Below are positions 9,387 through 19,336 of a DNA stretch of 64,000 nt, one piece after another; the first letter of the stretch is position 1; every line of letters begins with the position of its first letter. Source of the stretch: an uncultured Chloroflexia bacterium (GTDB taxonomy: Bacteria > Chloroflexota > Limnocylindria > Limnocylindrales > CSP1-4); contig CAVPPB010000003.1 in assembly GCA_963707215.1 (NCBI GenBank), positions 832,001 through 896,000 of the forward strand, given 5' to 3'. A program made the translations under genes and the position numbers. The notes under the pieces were generated by a model. That model did no database searches and had not been told where the DNA came from. It worked only from the letters and a program-made list of their open reading frames with translations.

Positions 9387-10286
9387 CTAGCCCGCCACGA
9401 CCGTCGCCGCCTCGCTGCCGGTCGGCGTGTAGTACCGGCGGTACTCGGCGGGCGACATCGCGCACGAGCGATAGAACACCTTGTAGAACTGGCTCAGGTT
9501 CGTGTAGCTGACGGCCCTGGCGATCTCAGCCACCGACAGGTCGGTCGCCAGGAGGAGCCGCTTCGCCTCGGCCACCCGGACCTGGGTGACGTACTCCTTG
9601 AAGCTCACCCCGGTCACGTCCTTGAAGACGTGGCGGACGCGCGAGGGGCTGACGTGGACGACCTCGGCGATGTCGTCGAGGGTGATGCTCTCGCGGCAGT
9701 GGCGGTCCACGTAGGCCAGGACCGGCCGGATCTGCTCGCGGCGATCGGCCGCGGCACGTGCCGAGGCGGCCCTCGAGCCGGTCCCCCGGTGACGGTTCAC
9801 CAGCGCCAGGGCCCGCCGGAGGGTGGCGTCCGCGAGGTGTCGCTCGGCCCGGTCGTGGCGGTCCCAGATGCCCTGCAGCTCGTGCAGCACCGGGGCCACC
9901 TCGGACGCGAGCGCCGAGCTCGCCCGGACCCGAGGTGAGGCCGTCCGATCGTCGGAGCGGAACGGCGCCAGGTAGCCCTCGTCGAGCTCCCGGCAGCCCG
10001 GACCCGCGATCAGCTCGGGCCGGAAGAGGACGAGGAGCAGCCGGAGCTCCGTCCCGGGATCGGCCAGGGCGACGTGCGGCTGCGAGTTGTCGACGAAGAA
10101 GAGGTCGCCGGCCTGGGCGGGCAGGACGCGCCGGCCGAACAGGAAGGCACCGCGACCCTCCAGGACCAGGGCGACCTCCAGGTGGTCGTGCCAGTGCATC
10201 CGGTCGCCGTCCCCGCGGGCCGTGTACTCGAGCACGGCGAGCGGGAAGTCGGGGTCGAGCTCCTGTTGCCAGACGTAGACGGCCAC
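9387..10286 (-). CDS. AraC-family transcriptional regulator with N-terminal cupin
   Basis: MHWHDHLE cupin motif; ITLDDIAEVVHVSPS and LSVAEIARAVSYTNLSQFYKVF..MSPAEYR HTHs; GTG start. Confidence 0.9.
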   Translation of the reverse strand: MAVYVWQQELDPDFPLAVLEYTARGDGDRMHWHDHLEVALVLEGRGAFLFGRRVLPAQAGDLFFVDNSQPHVALADPGTELRLLLVLFRPELIAGPGCRELDEGYLAPFRSDDRTASPRVRASSALASEVAPVLHELQGIWDRHDRAERHLADATLRRALALVNRHRGTGSRAASARAAADRREQIRPVLAYVDRHCRESITLDDIAEVVHVSPSRVRHVFKDVTGVSFKEYVTQVRVAEAKRLLLATDLSVAEIARAVSYTNLSQFYKVFYRSCAMSPAEYRRYYTPTGSEAATVVAG

Positions 10287-10369
10287 GTCTCCACCCTCGC
10301 AGTGCGGCAGCCGCAACGGACAGGGCCAAGTGGAACGTTCCAGCAGCGCCGTCCGGCTCGGCCAGCCGC

Positions 10370-10400
10370 TTCTGCCACTTCATCGACCGGCTCTGGCATT
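10370..10400 (+). promoter_or_regulatory. Putative AraC tandem binding site upstream of the OYE gene
   Basis: TCTGCCA (10371-10377) and TCTGGCA (10392-10398) repeated with 21-bp period in the divergent araC/OYE intergenic region. Confidence 0.35.
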
Positions 10401-10468
10401 GCCCGGGCGGCGGCAGCGGGCCAGCATCGAGACGTCGAGATCCGCCCGCCAGCAGGAGCAACTCGGTC

Positions 10469-12679
10469 ATGGCCTTCCCGCACCTGTTCAGCCCCCTGCA
10501 GCTCGGGACCATCGAGCTCCCCAACCGCATCGTCCACGTCCCGACCGACATCAGCTCGTCCCACGCCGACGGCGAGGTCAGCGAGCGCGACATCCACCAC
10601 CACGGGAACATCGCCAAGGGCGGCACCGGCTTCGTCATCGTGGGGGCCACCACCCCGGACCGGGCGACCGGGCGACCGACCGTCACCTGTCTCGTCGCCG
10701 ACGGCGACGAGTACGTGCCCGGCCTCGCTCGCCTGGCCGACGCGATGCACCGCTACGGGGCCAAGTGCGCCGTCCAGCTCCAGCATCCCGGGCGGCAGTG
10801 CGCCATCCCCCGCTACAACACCCTCGGGGCGACCGACCGGGTCCTCAAGCTGCCCTGGTCGGCGGGCCACGAGATCATCTACGAGAACGCCGAGGAGAAG
10901 GGCAAGGAGATCCGCGAGGCATCGATCGCCGAGATCCTCGAGCTGGTCGACCTCTTCAGCGAGGCCGCCTGGCGGGTCAAGCAGGCCGGCTTCGACGCCG
11001 TCGAGCTCCACGCCGCCCACGGCTACCTGCTGTCCGAGTTCATGAGCCCGTACCTCAACATGCGGACGGACCGCTTCGGCGGCAGCTTCGAGAACCGGAT
11101 GCGCTTCCCGCTGGCGGTCATCGACTCGATCAAGAAGAAGTGCGGCAAGAGCTACCCGGTGCTCGTCCGCTACTCCTTCGAGGAGTGGTGCCCGGGCGGT
11201 CGGGGTCTCGACGAGGGGCTCGAGACGGCGAGGGTCCTGGAGCAGGCCGGCGTCGCTGCCCTCGACCTGTCCCAGGGGATGCAGGAGAGCCCGGGCGCCG
11301 GGTTCGACCCGATGCACTACCCGCAGGGCTGGGCGACCTACGCCGCCGAGGCGACCAAGAAGGTCGTCCGGATCCCGGTCATCACGTCGCACTCCCTGCG
11401 CGATCCCGACTACTGCGAGCAGATCCTGGCCGAGGGCAAGACCGATCTCGTGGGCCTGGCCCGCCAGCTCCTGGCCGACCCGTACTGGCCGGTCAAGGCC
11501 AAGTACGACAAGGTCCGCTCGATCCGTCGCTGCATCTCCTGCCTGGGCGGCTGCTGGCAGGAATTGCTCATGGCCAAGCACGAGATCGCCTGCTCCATCA
11601 ACGCCGCCTGCGGGCAGCCCGGCTACGACGACATGAAGCGGACCGGGACCCCCGTCCGGGTCGCCGTCGTCGGCGGCGGGCCGGCCGGCATGGAGGCGGC
11701 CCGGGTCGCCTCGGAGCGCGGCCACGCGGTCACCCTCTTCGAGAAGCACGACGAGCTGGGCGGGGCGATGCTCTACGTCTGCCTCGTGCCCGGAAAGGAG
11801 AAGATGCGCTGGTACCTGGACTGGGTCCGGGACCAGATCCTCGACCTGGGCGTCGACATCCGCCTGGGCCACGCCCCGACGGTCGAGGAGCTCCGCGAGT
11901 TCGACGTCGTCCTCAACGCGACCGGCGCGAAGTCGTTCGTGCCCGAGGTGGCCGGCGCGGCCGACCGGGTCGTCCCCTTCGAGGAGGCGATGGCCTGCCC
12001 GAAGATCGCCTGCGAGTGCCATCCCGGCGGCCGCCGGATGCGCAAGCTGGGCGCCAGGGTCCTGCTCTGGGGCGACAGCTACGCCGCGACCGACACGGCC
12101 GCCTTCCTGGCCGACATCGGCAAGGGGCTGACGATCGTCACCGAGAACCGAGAGTTCGCCGCCGACTGCGAAGTCATCCACATGTACGTCCTGCGGAAGC
12201 GCTTCGAGCAGGGCGATGCGGAGGTCCTCGAGTCCCGGCCGTACAAGCACCCGGTCAGCGTCATCACGAGCACGACCGTGGAGTCGATCACGCCCGTCGA
12301 GGGCGGCCTGGAGGTCGTCCTGCGCGGCAACGACTTCGCCCGGTCGACGATCGAGGTCGACGACGTCGTCACCTGCCACACGCGGCCGGAGGTCGACCTG
12401 TTCCAGGAGCTCCGGGCGGCCGGCGTCAACGTCCTCAACGTGGGTGATTCGGTCCGGCCCCGGAACCTCTACCACGCGGTCAAGGAGGGTTCGGAGTTCG
12501 GCCTGCAGGTCGACCAGCACTTGCTGTTCAACCCCAACGGGGCGATCGTCGACGACCTGCCGCTCGACGTGCTGGCCCAGCTGACCCGCGAGGAGGGTCC
12601 CGCCTACACGGCGAAGCGGATGGAGGAGCTCATGGCGGTCGGCGCGGCAAGCGGTGGGGGCAACGGCTCGGGCGCCTGA
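10469..12679 (+). CDS. NADH:flavin oxidoreductase, OYE/2,4-dienoyl-CoA-reductase-like (FMN, 4Fe-4S, FAD)
   Basis: AGGAG RBS; HLFSPL..LPNRIV, ELHAAHGYLLSEFMSP..N.RTD.FGGSFENR, CISCLGGC-x11-C, VVGGGPAGMEAA. Confidence 0.9.
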   Translation: MAFPHLFSPLQLGTIELPNRIVHVPTDISSSHADGEVSERDIHHHGNIAKGGTGFVIVGATTPDRATGRPTVTCLVADGDEYVPGLARLADAMHRYGAKCAVQLQHPGRQCAIPRYNTLGATDRVLKLPWSAGHEIIYENAEEKGKEIREASIAEILELVDLFSEAAWRVKQAGFDAVELHAAHGYLLSEFMSPYLNMRTDRFGGSFENRMRFPLAVIDSIKKKCGKSYPVLVRYSFEEWCPGGRGLDEGLETARVLEQAGVAALDLSQGMQESPGAGFDPMHYPQGWATYAAEATKKVVRIPVITSHSLRDPDYCEQILAEGKTDLVGLARQLLADPYWPVKAKYDKVRSIRRCISCLGGCWQELLMAKHEIACSINAACGQPGYDDMKRTGTPVRVAVVGGGPAGMEAARVASERGHAVTLFEKHDELGGAMLYVCLVPGKEKMRWYLDWVRDQILDLGVDIRLGHAPTVEELREFDVVLNATGAKSFVPEVAGAADRVVPFEEAMACPKIACECHPGGRRMRKLGARVLLWGDSYAATDTAAFLADIGKGLTIVTENREFAADCEVIHMYVLRKRFEQGDAEVLESRPYKHPVSVITSTTVESITPVEGGLEVVLRGNDFARSTIEVDDVVTCHTRPEVDLFQELRAAGVNVLNVGDSVRPRNLYHAVKEGSEFGLQVDQHLLFNPNGAIVDDLPLDVLAQLTREEGPAYTAKRMEELMAVGAASGGGNGSGA

Positions 12680-12692
12680 GAGCCGACCGACG

Positions 12693-12728
12693 GGCCGTCG
12701 GGCGGCCTGGGCAGGATGCCCGACGGCC
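12693..12728. terminator. Hairpin between convergent OYE and permease genes
   Basis: GGCCGTCGGGC ... GCCCGACGGCC 11-bp inverted repeat. Confidence 0.5.
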
Positions 12729-12740
12729 GGGCAAGAGCCC

Positions 12741-13736
12741 TCAGGACTCGGCGGTGATCCGAGTGTAGGCCGCGGCGACGGCGACGATGATCGCGCCGAA
12801 GAGGATCTGGCGGACCGCCTCCGGGTAGCCGAGCGACGAGAGCAGCGAGGAGAGCACGGTCAGGATGAGCGCGCCCATGACCGTCCCGCCGTAGCCGCCC
12901 CGACCGCCCATGATCGACGTGCCACCGATGACCGCGGCGGCGACCGATGGCAGCACGTACGAATCGGCCAAGGTCACGCTGGCGACATTGGTCAGGCCCG
13001 AGAGGATGAAGCCGGCCGTAGCCGCCATCAGCGCGGAGATGACGTAGAGGACGACGAGGACCTGCCACGAGCGGGCCCCCGACAGGCGGGCAGCCACCGG
13101 GTTGTCGCCGATGGCATAGAGGAGTCGGCCGTAGCCCGATCTCCGTAGCCCGATCAGGATCACGGCCGCCAGCGGGATGAAGATCAGGAGGCTGTGCGGC
13201 ACCACGTCCACGAAGGAGCCCGAGCCGAGCCAGCGCAGGATGTCCGGTGTCCCGCCGCCGGTCTGGACCATCACGAGCTGCCAGACGTTGGCGAGGCCGA
13301 GGACGACGAAGCTCATGCCCAGGGTCATGATGAGCGGATGGACCCGGAAGACGCCGACGCCAACGCCGGTGAGGAACCCGGCCAGCGCGGCGGCGATGAG
13401 GGCGACCACGATGCCCGCGGGCGTCCCGGGACCCGAGACGAGCGTCGCCACGACGAACCCCGACATCGAGGCGACCGCGCCGACCGAGAGGTCGATGCCG
13501 CCGGTCAACATCGTCAGCGTCTGACAGCCGGCCAGGATCGCCAGGGGCACGGCCGTCCGCAGGATCACTCCGCCCCAGTTCGCGTTGACGATGCCTGGCC
13601 GAGCGAGCTCGCTGGCGACGATGAGGACGCCGAGCAGGACGAAGAGCGGGATGATCGGCCGGTCACGGAAGAGCCGTCGCCAGGCGGCGACGGTCAGCCA
13701 GGGACTCCGGGTGGCCGGGGCGACGGTCCCGCTCAC
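12741..13736 (-). CDS. Sugar ABC transporter permease (RbsC-like)
   Basis: GGIDLSVG, YAIGDNPVAARLSG, AAAVIGGTSIMGGRG; multiple TM helices. Confidence 0.92.
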   Translation of the reverse strand: MSGTVAPATRSPWLTVAAWRRLFRDRPIIPLFVLLGVLIVASELARPGIVNANWGGVILRTAVPLAILAGCQTLTMLTGGIDLSVGAVASMSGFVVATLVSGPGTPAGIVVALIAAALAGFLTGVGVGVFRVHPLIMTLGMSFVVLGLANVWQLVMVQTGGGTPDILRWLGSGSFVDVVPHSLLIFIPLAAVILIGLRRSGYGRLLYAIGDNPVAARLSGARSWQVLVVLYVISALMAATAGFILSGLTNVASVTLADSYVLPSVAAAVIGGTSIMGGRGGYGGTVMGALILTVLSSLLSSLGYPEAVRQILFGAIIVAVAAAYTRITAES

Positions 13737-14749
13737 ACTCGCCTCCGGCGCATCTCGATCAGGCTGCCGGCCATGACGACGCCGATGAGGATGAAGCCCT
13801 GGAGCACGATGGCCAGGTTGTTGTTGACATTGAGGAAGGTCATGTCCGTGCGGACAAGCTGGAGGATGACGACGGCGATGATCGGGCCGATCACGCCTCC
13901 TCGGCCGCCGACCAGGGCGACGCCGCCGAGGACGACCGCGGCCACGCTCTGGAGGGTGTACGGACCGGGCACCGGGGTCCCGATGCCCGTGCTGGCCGTG
14001 AGGCTCAGCCCGGCGAAGGCGGCGAAGAGTCCGCCGATCGCGTAGGCCGCGACCTTGGTGCGACCGACCGAGACGCCACTCCGGAACGCGGCCAGCTGGT
14101 CGCTACCGACCGCGTAGAGCGAGAGCCCGAGCCGCGAACGACGCAGCGGGATCCAGATGACCGCCACGATGACCAGCAGGACGACCGCGGCCTTGGGGAT
14201 GAAGTCGACGAACAGCGACCCGAGGACAAGGTCGCGCAGCCAATCGACCGAGTCGCCACCTGGCGACCGCAGCACGAGGAGCGCGAAGCCGGCCCATACG
14301 AACAGCATGGCGAGCGTGACGACGATGTCCGCGACCTTCGTGAAGACGACCAGGGCGCCGTTGATCCCCCCGAGGACGAGGCCCATCAGGAGCACGCCGA
14401 CCACCGCGAGGATGGCGAGCTGCTCGTTGCCGCCCTCGATGAGGCCGTCCATGAGCACCGCCGCGGTGGCGCTCGTCAGCGCCATCATCGATCCGATCGA
14501 GAGATCGATGCCGCCCGAGATGACGACGATCGCCTGGGCGACCGCCGCCAGTGCGAGCGGGAGGACCGAGATCGCCAGTCCCTGGATCCCTGGCACACCG
14601 TAGTTCGGCTGGATGGCCTTCGTGAAGATGAGCAGGGCGGCGAGGAATGCCAGAAGCCCGAGGGTCCACGCATTCCGCCGGGCGAAGCCGACGACCGCGT
14701 CCACGGCCCGGCTCCGCGTCCCGCCCACGGTCCCGGTCGCGACGGTCAC
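13733..14749 (-). CDS. Sugar ABC transporter permease (RbsC-like)
   Basis: GGIDLSIG, YAVGSD..AAFRSG, AAVVLGGVALVGGRG. Confidence 0.92.
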   Translation of the reverse strand: MTVATGTVGGTRSRAVDAVVGFARRNAWTLGLLAFLAALLIFTKAIQPNYGVPGIQGLAISVLPLALAAVAQAIVVISGGIDLSIGSMMALTSATAAVLMDGLIEGGNEQLAILAVVGVLLMGLVLGGINGALVVFTKVADIVVTLAMLFVWAGFALLVLRSPGGDSVDWLRDLVLGSLFVDFIPKAAVVLLVIVAVIWIPLRRSRLGLSLYAVGSDQLAAFRSGVSVGRTKVAAYAIGGLFAAFAGLSLTASTGIGTPVPGPYTLQSVAAVVLGGVALVGGRGGVIGPIIAVVILQLVRTDMTFLNVNNNLAIVLQGFILIGVVMAGSLIEMRRRRV

Positions 14750-16341
14750 TGGTCGTCCGCCGTGGACATGTCGGCCGCATCGGGCTGGGACCTCGCTCGC
14801 ACAGCAGCGATCGCCAGGGCAGCCTGGTCCTCCGGCATCGGGGCGTCGGACCCTAGGTTGAAGGCCGCCCGCAGGAGACTCGGCTCGTCGGCCTCGGCTG
14901 CGCTCAGCTCGGCGACGACCCGGCCACCGAAGATGACGATCGCCCGATCACACGCCAGCTGGATCTCCTTGAGCTCCGAGGTGTAAAGGAGCACCGCCGC
15001 CCCGGCCGCCGCGAGATCGCGCAGCAGGATGTAGATCTGGTTCTTCGTCCGGATGTCGATCCCGCGGGTCGGGTCGAAGCAGAGCATCGTCTGGACCCCG
15101 CTGGCGACCCAGCGGGCGATGGTCACCTTCTGCTGGTTGCCGCCCGACAGCCGGCGAACCTCGCGTCCGGCCCGGGCATCGATCTGGAGGCGCTCTACGG
15201 CTCCGTCCACGGTCCGGCGCTCGCGGCCGAGGTCGATCAGGCCCCAGCGCCGGGCGGGCCCGCTCATCGGCAGGGCGATGTTCTCCTGGACCGAGCGCTG
15301 CATCAGCAGCGCCTCGGCGCGGTCGGCGGGGACATAGACTAGGCCGGCCCGGATGGCGTCGGCTGGGTGGCCGAACGAGACCGGCGACCCATCCACCAGC
15401 AGCTCTCCGCGTGTCGGTCGCTGGGCGCCCGACAGGATGTCGAAGAGTTCGTCCTGGCCCTGGCCCTCGACCGCGACGACCCCGAGCACCTCGCCCGGGT
15501 TCAGTTCGAACGTGACGTCGCGGAGCTTGGTGCCGAGCGTCAGCCCACGCGCCGCGAGCCGCGGCACGGCGTCGGCCGGTCGCTCCTTGGCACGGGCGAC
15601 CGCGACGGTCCGGGCCGACAGGTCTTCGGCCGACTCACCGAGCATGAGCTCGACGATGCGTTCCTCCGAGCCCTCCTTGACGTCGACCACGCCGACGGTC
15701 TCGCCCTCGCGGAGGACCGTCGCCCGGTCGCAGACGGCGGCGATCTCGATCATCCGGTGCGAGATGAAGATCACGCAGCGGTCGCCGCCACGGTGGCCCC
15801 CGATGACCTCCAGGACGCGCTCGGTCAGGTTGGCCGGCAGCGCCGCCGTCATCTCGTCGAGCATGAGCACGTCGGGCTCGATCGCGAGCGCCCTTGCGAG
15901 ATCGATGATGCGCAGCGTCGCCAGCGGCAGCCGGCGAGCCTGCTCGGCGAGGTCGAGATCCGCGATCCCGAGCTCGTTCATCCAGTGCTGGAACGGCTCG
16001 TGCGGCGTCCGCGTAAGCCGCAGGTTGGAGCGCACATCGAGGTCGGGGATGAGCGCCGGCTCCTGATAGACCGAGACTAGGCCGCCGCGCCGCGCCTCGG
16101 CCGGGGAGTGCACCGTCCGCTCGCGGCCGCGGACGGCGATCGTGCCCTCGTCCGGGTGGACGGCTCCGGTCAGGATCTTGACGAAGGTGCTCTTGCCGGC
16201 GCCGTTGGCGCCCATGAGCGCGTGGACCTCGCCCGGCCGCACCGCGAGCGAGGCCGACCGCAGCGCGACGACCGCGCCGTAGGCCTTCGAGACGCCAGTG
16301 GCTTCGAGCAGCAGGTCGGTCGTGGTGGTGGTCAGGGTCAT
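14746..16341 (-). CDS. Sugar ABC transporter ATP-binding protein (RbsA-like, tandem domains)
   Basis: GANGAGKST Walker A, LSGGNQQKV signature, DPTRGIDI. Confidence 0.93.
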   Translation of the reverse strand: MTLTTTTTDLLLEATGVSKAYGAVVALRSASLAVRPGEVHALMGANGAGKSTFVKILTGAVHPDEGTIAVRGRERTVHSPAEARRGGLVSVYQEPALIPDLDVRSNLRLTRTPHEPFQHWMNELGIADLDLAEQARRLPLATLRIIDLARALAIEPDVLMLDEMTAALPANLTERVLEVIGGHRGGDRCVIFISHRMIEIAAVCDRATVLREGETVGVVDVKEGSEERIVELMLGESAEDLSARTVAVARAKERPADAVPRLAARGLTLGTKLRDVTFELNPGEVLGVVAVEGQGQDELFDILSGAQRPTRGELLVDGSPVSFGHPADAIRAGLVYVPADRAEALLMQRSVQENIALPMSGPARRWGLIDLGRERRTVDGAVERLQIDARAGREVRRLSGGNQQKVTIARWVASGVQTMLCFDPTRGIDIRTKNQIYILLRDLAAAGAAVLLYTSELKEIQLACDRAIVIFGGRVVAELSAAEADEPSLLRAAFNLGSDAPMPEDQAALAIAAVRARSQPDAADMSTADDQ

Positions 16342-16370
16342 CGGTCCCCGTGGACGAAAGGGATGGAGAT

Positions 16371-16401
16371 GCGGGGGATGCCGTTAGCCGGCATCCCCCG
16401 C
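16371..16401. repeat. Perfect intercistronic hairpin downstream of the binding-protein gene (mRNA stabiliser/attenuator)
   Basis: GCGGGGGATGCCG-TTAGC-CGGCATCCCCCGC, 13-bp perfect stem; a typical position for boosting binding-protein over permease expression. Confidence 0.6.
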
Positions 16402-16425
16402 GATCTGGTCCGGGTTCGGGCGGGG

Positions 16426-17529
16426 TTACTCCTCGCCGGGGCCCTTGCAGGCGACGGCCTGCTCGGGGGTGTACGTGGTGAAGCCCTCGACCTCGATGCC
16501 GAGCGGCCAGGTCGGGTCGAGACCCTCGACCGACTGCCACGACTCGAGCAGCGCCTTGCCGTCGTCGGTCTGGTTCTCGGCGAGGACCGGGACGAGCAGG
16601 ACGGTGTTGGGATAGGGGGCGTCCGGATTCGTCGTAACGGACTCGTCCTGGAGGAGCTTGAGCGCCAGGTTGACGCCGGCACCGCCGACCGCCGCCGTGT
16701 TGGTCACGGCCGCTCCGACGAGGCCGGGATAGCCATCCGGATCGAGCAGCTGGGTGACGAACGCGCCGAGGTCGGCGCCGACGATCGGCACGAACTCCTT
16801 CCCGGCGGCCTTGATGGCGTCGACGACCTGCGAGTCCATCCCGGACGTCCAGATGCCGTCGGTGTCATCGTACTGGCCACTGGCCAGCCACTCGTTGATG
16901 AGCGTGGTCGTCGTCGCCGGGTCCCAGCCGGTGTGGACGCCATCGATGGTCGGCAGGACGGTGATGCCGGGGAACTCCTCGAGCGCCCGCTGGAAGCCGA
17001 CGTGTCGATCGTCGTCGGCGCCCGAGCCGGCGAACCCGCGCATGTAGTAGACGTTGCCCTCGCCGTCGAGCTGCTCGAACAGCCACTTGGCGCCGAGGTA
17101 CGCGTACTCGACCTGGTTGTTGTAGAGCTGGTAGCTGGTTGGATCGGTCACGAACTGGTCGACGGCGACGGTCACGATGCCGGCCTCGTTCGCCTCTTCG
17201 AGAGCCGGGTTGAGGGCCTCGGTGTCGTTGGGGTTGAAGACGATCGCGTCGACGCCCTTGGCGATGAGGTCGCGGATGTCCTGGAGCTGGCCGGCGGCGT
17301 CGGTGTTGCGGTGGATGGTGGTGAGCTCGGACACCTTGCCCGAGGCGAGCGCCTCGGCCTTGGCCGTGCAGACCTGCTCCTCGCGGAAGCCGTTGCCCAC
17401 GCCGCCGGCGTTCGAGTACCCGATGGTGAAGGTGTCGCCACCTCCGCCGTCGTCGCTACACGCGCTGACCGCGAGGGCCACCGCCGCGAGGCCGACGACG
17501 AGCCGGGTCGTTCGGGATCGTTGTTTCAA
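16426..17529 (-). CDS. Sugar ABC transporter substrate-binding lipoprotein
   Basis: GAGGAGG RBS and TTG start; lipobox VSAC; QLQDIRDLIAKGVDAIV periplasmic-binding type I fold. Confidence 0.9.
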   Translation of the reverse strand: MKQRSRTTRLVVGLAAVALAVSACSDDGGGGDTFTIGYSNAGGVGNGFREEQVCTAKAEALASGKVSELTTIHRNTDAAGQLQDIRDLIAKGVDAIVFNPNDTEALNPALEEANEAGIVTVAVDQFVTDPTSYQLYNNQVEYAYLGAKWLFEQLDGEGNVYYMRGFAGSGADDDRHVGFQRALEEFPGITVLPTIDGVHTGWDPATTTTLINEWLASGQYDDTDGIWTSGMDSQVVDAIKAAGKEFVPIVGADLGAFVTQLLDPDGYPGLVGAAVTNTAAVGGAGVNLALKLLQDESVTTNPDAPYPNTVLLVPVLAENQTDDGKALLESWQSVEGLDPTWPLGIEVEGFTTYTPEQAVACKGPGEE

Positions 17530-17622
17530 CGTTCATTCCTCCTCGTGCACCGGTGCCCGCAGTTGCTGGGCGGTCCGGGCCACTGGGTCCCACTCGGGGG
17601 CTTGACAGCGCGCTTGGGTCCG

Positions 17623-18447
17623 TCACACCTCCTGTTGGTCGGGGCCTGTGCTGCCCTGCTGGATGATGGCACGAGCGAGACGTCGCGCGTGCTCCCGATA
17701 GGCCGCTTCGAAGAGGGCCTGCGATCGCTCGGGCCCCACCACCGAGCCGCGGGTGATGACGGGAGGCATGGCCCCCCGCTCCACCAGCAGCTCGGCCGTC
17801 CGGACCTTGAGCGAGTTGACGATGGCGACCGCGGTGACGGTCGAGCCGGGCCCGACCGGCGTGTCGAGCCCGTCGAGCGAGATCAGGGCGTCGGCCGGCG
17901 GCGTACACAGGTCGATGACCAGGTCGGCCTCGTCCAGGAGCCGGCTGCCGACCCGCGGGTCGGGCTCCCCGGTCATCGACATGGCGACCGAGGTGACCGC
18001 GATGACCCGGACGCCCCGGCGCCTGGCGCCGCGGGCGAGCTCGACCGGCACGGCCGAGAGGCCGCTGGCCGAGAACACGATGAAGACGTCGCGGGGTCCG
18101 AAGCCGAAGTTGTCGAGGATGGCCTCGGCCAGACCGGGAACCCGCTCGATGAACATGGCCTGGCGCTGGCCGTTGGCCCCGACGACCTGCGTGTGGAAGG
18201 TCATCGACAGCTCGACGATCGGGTTGAAGCCGGGGTACGAGCCGTAGCGCGGGAACATCTCCTCGACCGGGATCCGCGAGTGGCCGGTTCCGAAGAGGTG
18301 GACCAGGCCGTCCGCGGCGATCGCCTCCGCACACCACCGCGACGCCTCCTCGATGGCGTCGGCCTGGGTGGCCGCGAGACGCGCCAGCAGCTCACTGGCA
18401 GCGGTGAGCCAGGGCAGCGAGGGCGTCGGCGGGATGGCTGACGTCAT
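17623..18447 (-). CDS. SIS-domain sugar isomerase
   Basis: HLFGTGHS, FSASG, VIAVTS, DLVID motifs. Confidence 0.85.
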   Translation of the reverse strand: MTSAIPPTPSLPWLTAASELLARLAATQADAIEEASRWCAEAIAADGLVHLFGTGHSRIPVEEMFPRYGSYPGFNPIVELSMTFHTQVVGANGQRQAMFIERVPGLAEAILDNFGFGPRDVFIVFSASGLSAVPVELARGARRRGVRVIAVTSVAMSMTGEPDPRVGSRLLDEADLVIDLCTPPADALISLDGLDTPVGPGSTVTAVAIVNSLKVRTAELLVERGAMPPVITRGSVVGPERSQALFEAAYREHARRLARAIIQQGSTGPDQQEV

Positions 18448-18523
18448 CCGGGGGCGGCCTCCTCGTCGGCGATGGCCGGCGCCCTCCGGCCGGCGTCGGC
18501 CTCACGATACGGCACCGCGAGCA

Positions 18524-19336
18524 TCAGTACCCCCCGGTCTCGCCGGCCGGGGCGCCGGCCGGCGACAGCCCGGCCCTCCGGGCCCGGAAGTCCTCGAGGA
18601 TGGTCGCGGTCGCGGTCGCTCCGATGCGAGTGACCCCGAGGGCCATCACCGCCAGGAGCGCGTCGAGGGTCCGGACTCCGCCGGCCGCCTTCACCTGGAC
18701 GTGGGGCGACGTGTTCGCCCGCATCAGGGCGAGGTCCTCGTGGGTCGCTCCGCTCGGGGCGAAGCCGGTCGACGTCTTGACGAAGTCCGCCCCCGCGGCC
18801 TCGCTCAGGCGACAGGCCCGGACCTTTTCGTCGTCGGTCAGGTAGGCGTTCTCGAAGATGACCTTGACGATGGCGCCGGCCTCATGGGCGACCTCGACGA
18901 TGGCCGCGATGTCGGCCTGGACGTCGGTGTCGCGGCGCGCCTTGAGGGCCCCGATGGGCAGGACCATGTCGAGCTCGGTCGCCCCGTCGGCCAGGGCCTG
19001 GCGGGCCTCGAAGACCTTCGTCTCGGTGCGGTGGTTGCCGTGGGGGAAACCGATCGTCGTGCCCACGGCCACGTCTGTCCCGGCGAGCAGCGCGGCGGCC
19101 CGCCGGACGTCGGCCGGGCGGACGCAGACCGAGGCGACGTCGTACCCGGCGGCCAGGCGGCAGCCGTCCTCGACGAAGGCGTCGTCGAGCTCAGGCCGGA
19201 GCAGCGAGTGATCGATCGTCCTGGCGATGTCGCGCTCGCTGACCCGGGACAGCAGATCGGCCAGCAGCTCGGGGGTCAGCTCGTCGGGCGAGCGTGGGGC
19301 CGTGACCTCGGCCCAGGAGGGTCCCACTGCGCTCAC
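18524..19336 (-). CDS. deoC: Deoxyribose-phosphate aldolase
   Basis: IDHSLLRP, IGFPHG, ELDMV, VKVIFE, DFVKTSTGF, VKAAGGVR; GTG start overlaps the upstream TGA. Confidence 0.92.
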   Translation of the reverse strand: MSAVGPSWAEVTAPRSPDELTPELLADLLSRVSERDIARTIDHSLLRPELDDAFVEDGCRLAAGYDVASVCVRPADVRRAAALLAGTDVAVGTTIGFPHGNHRTETKVFEARQALADGATELDMVLPIGALKARRDTDVQADIAAIVEVAHEAGAIVKVIFENAYLTDDEKVRACRLSEAAGADFVKTSTGFAPSGATHEDLALMRANTSPHVQVKAAGGVRTLDALLAVMALGVTRIGATATATILEDFRARRAGLSPAGAPAGETGGY

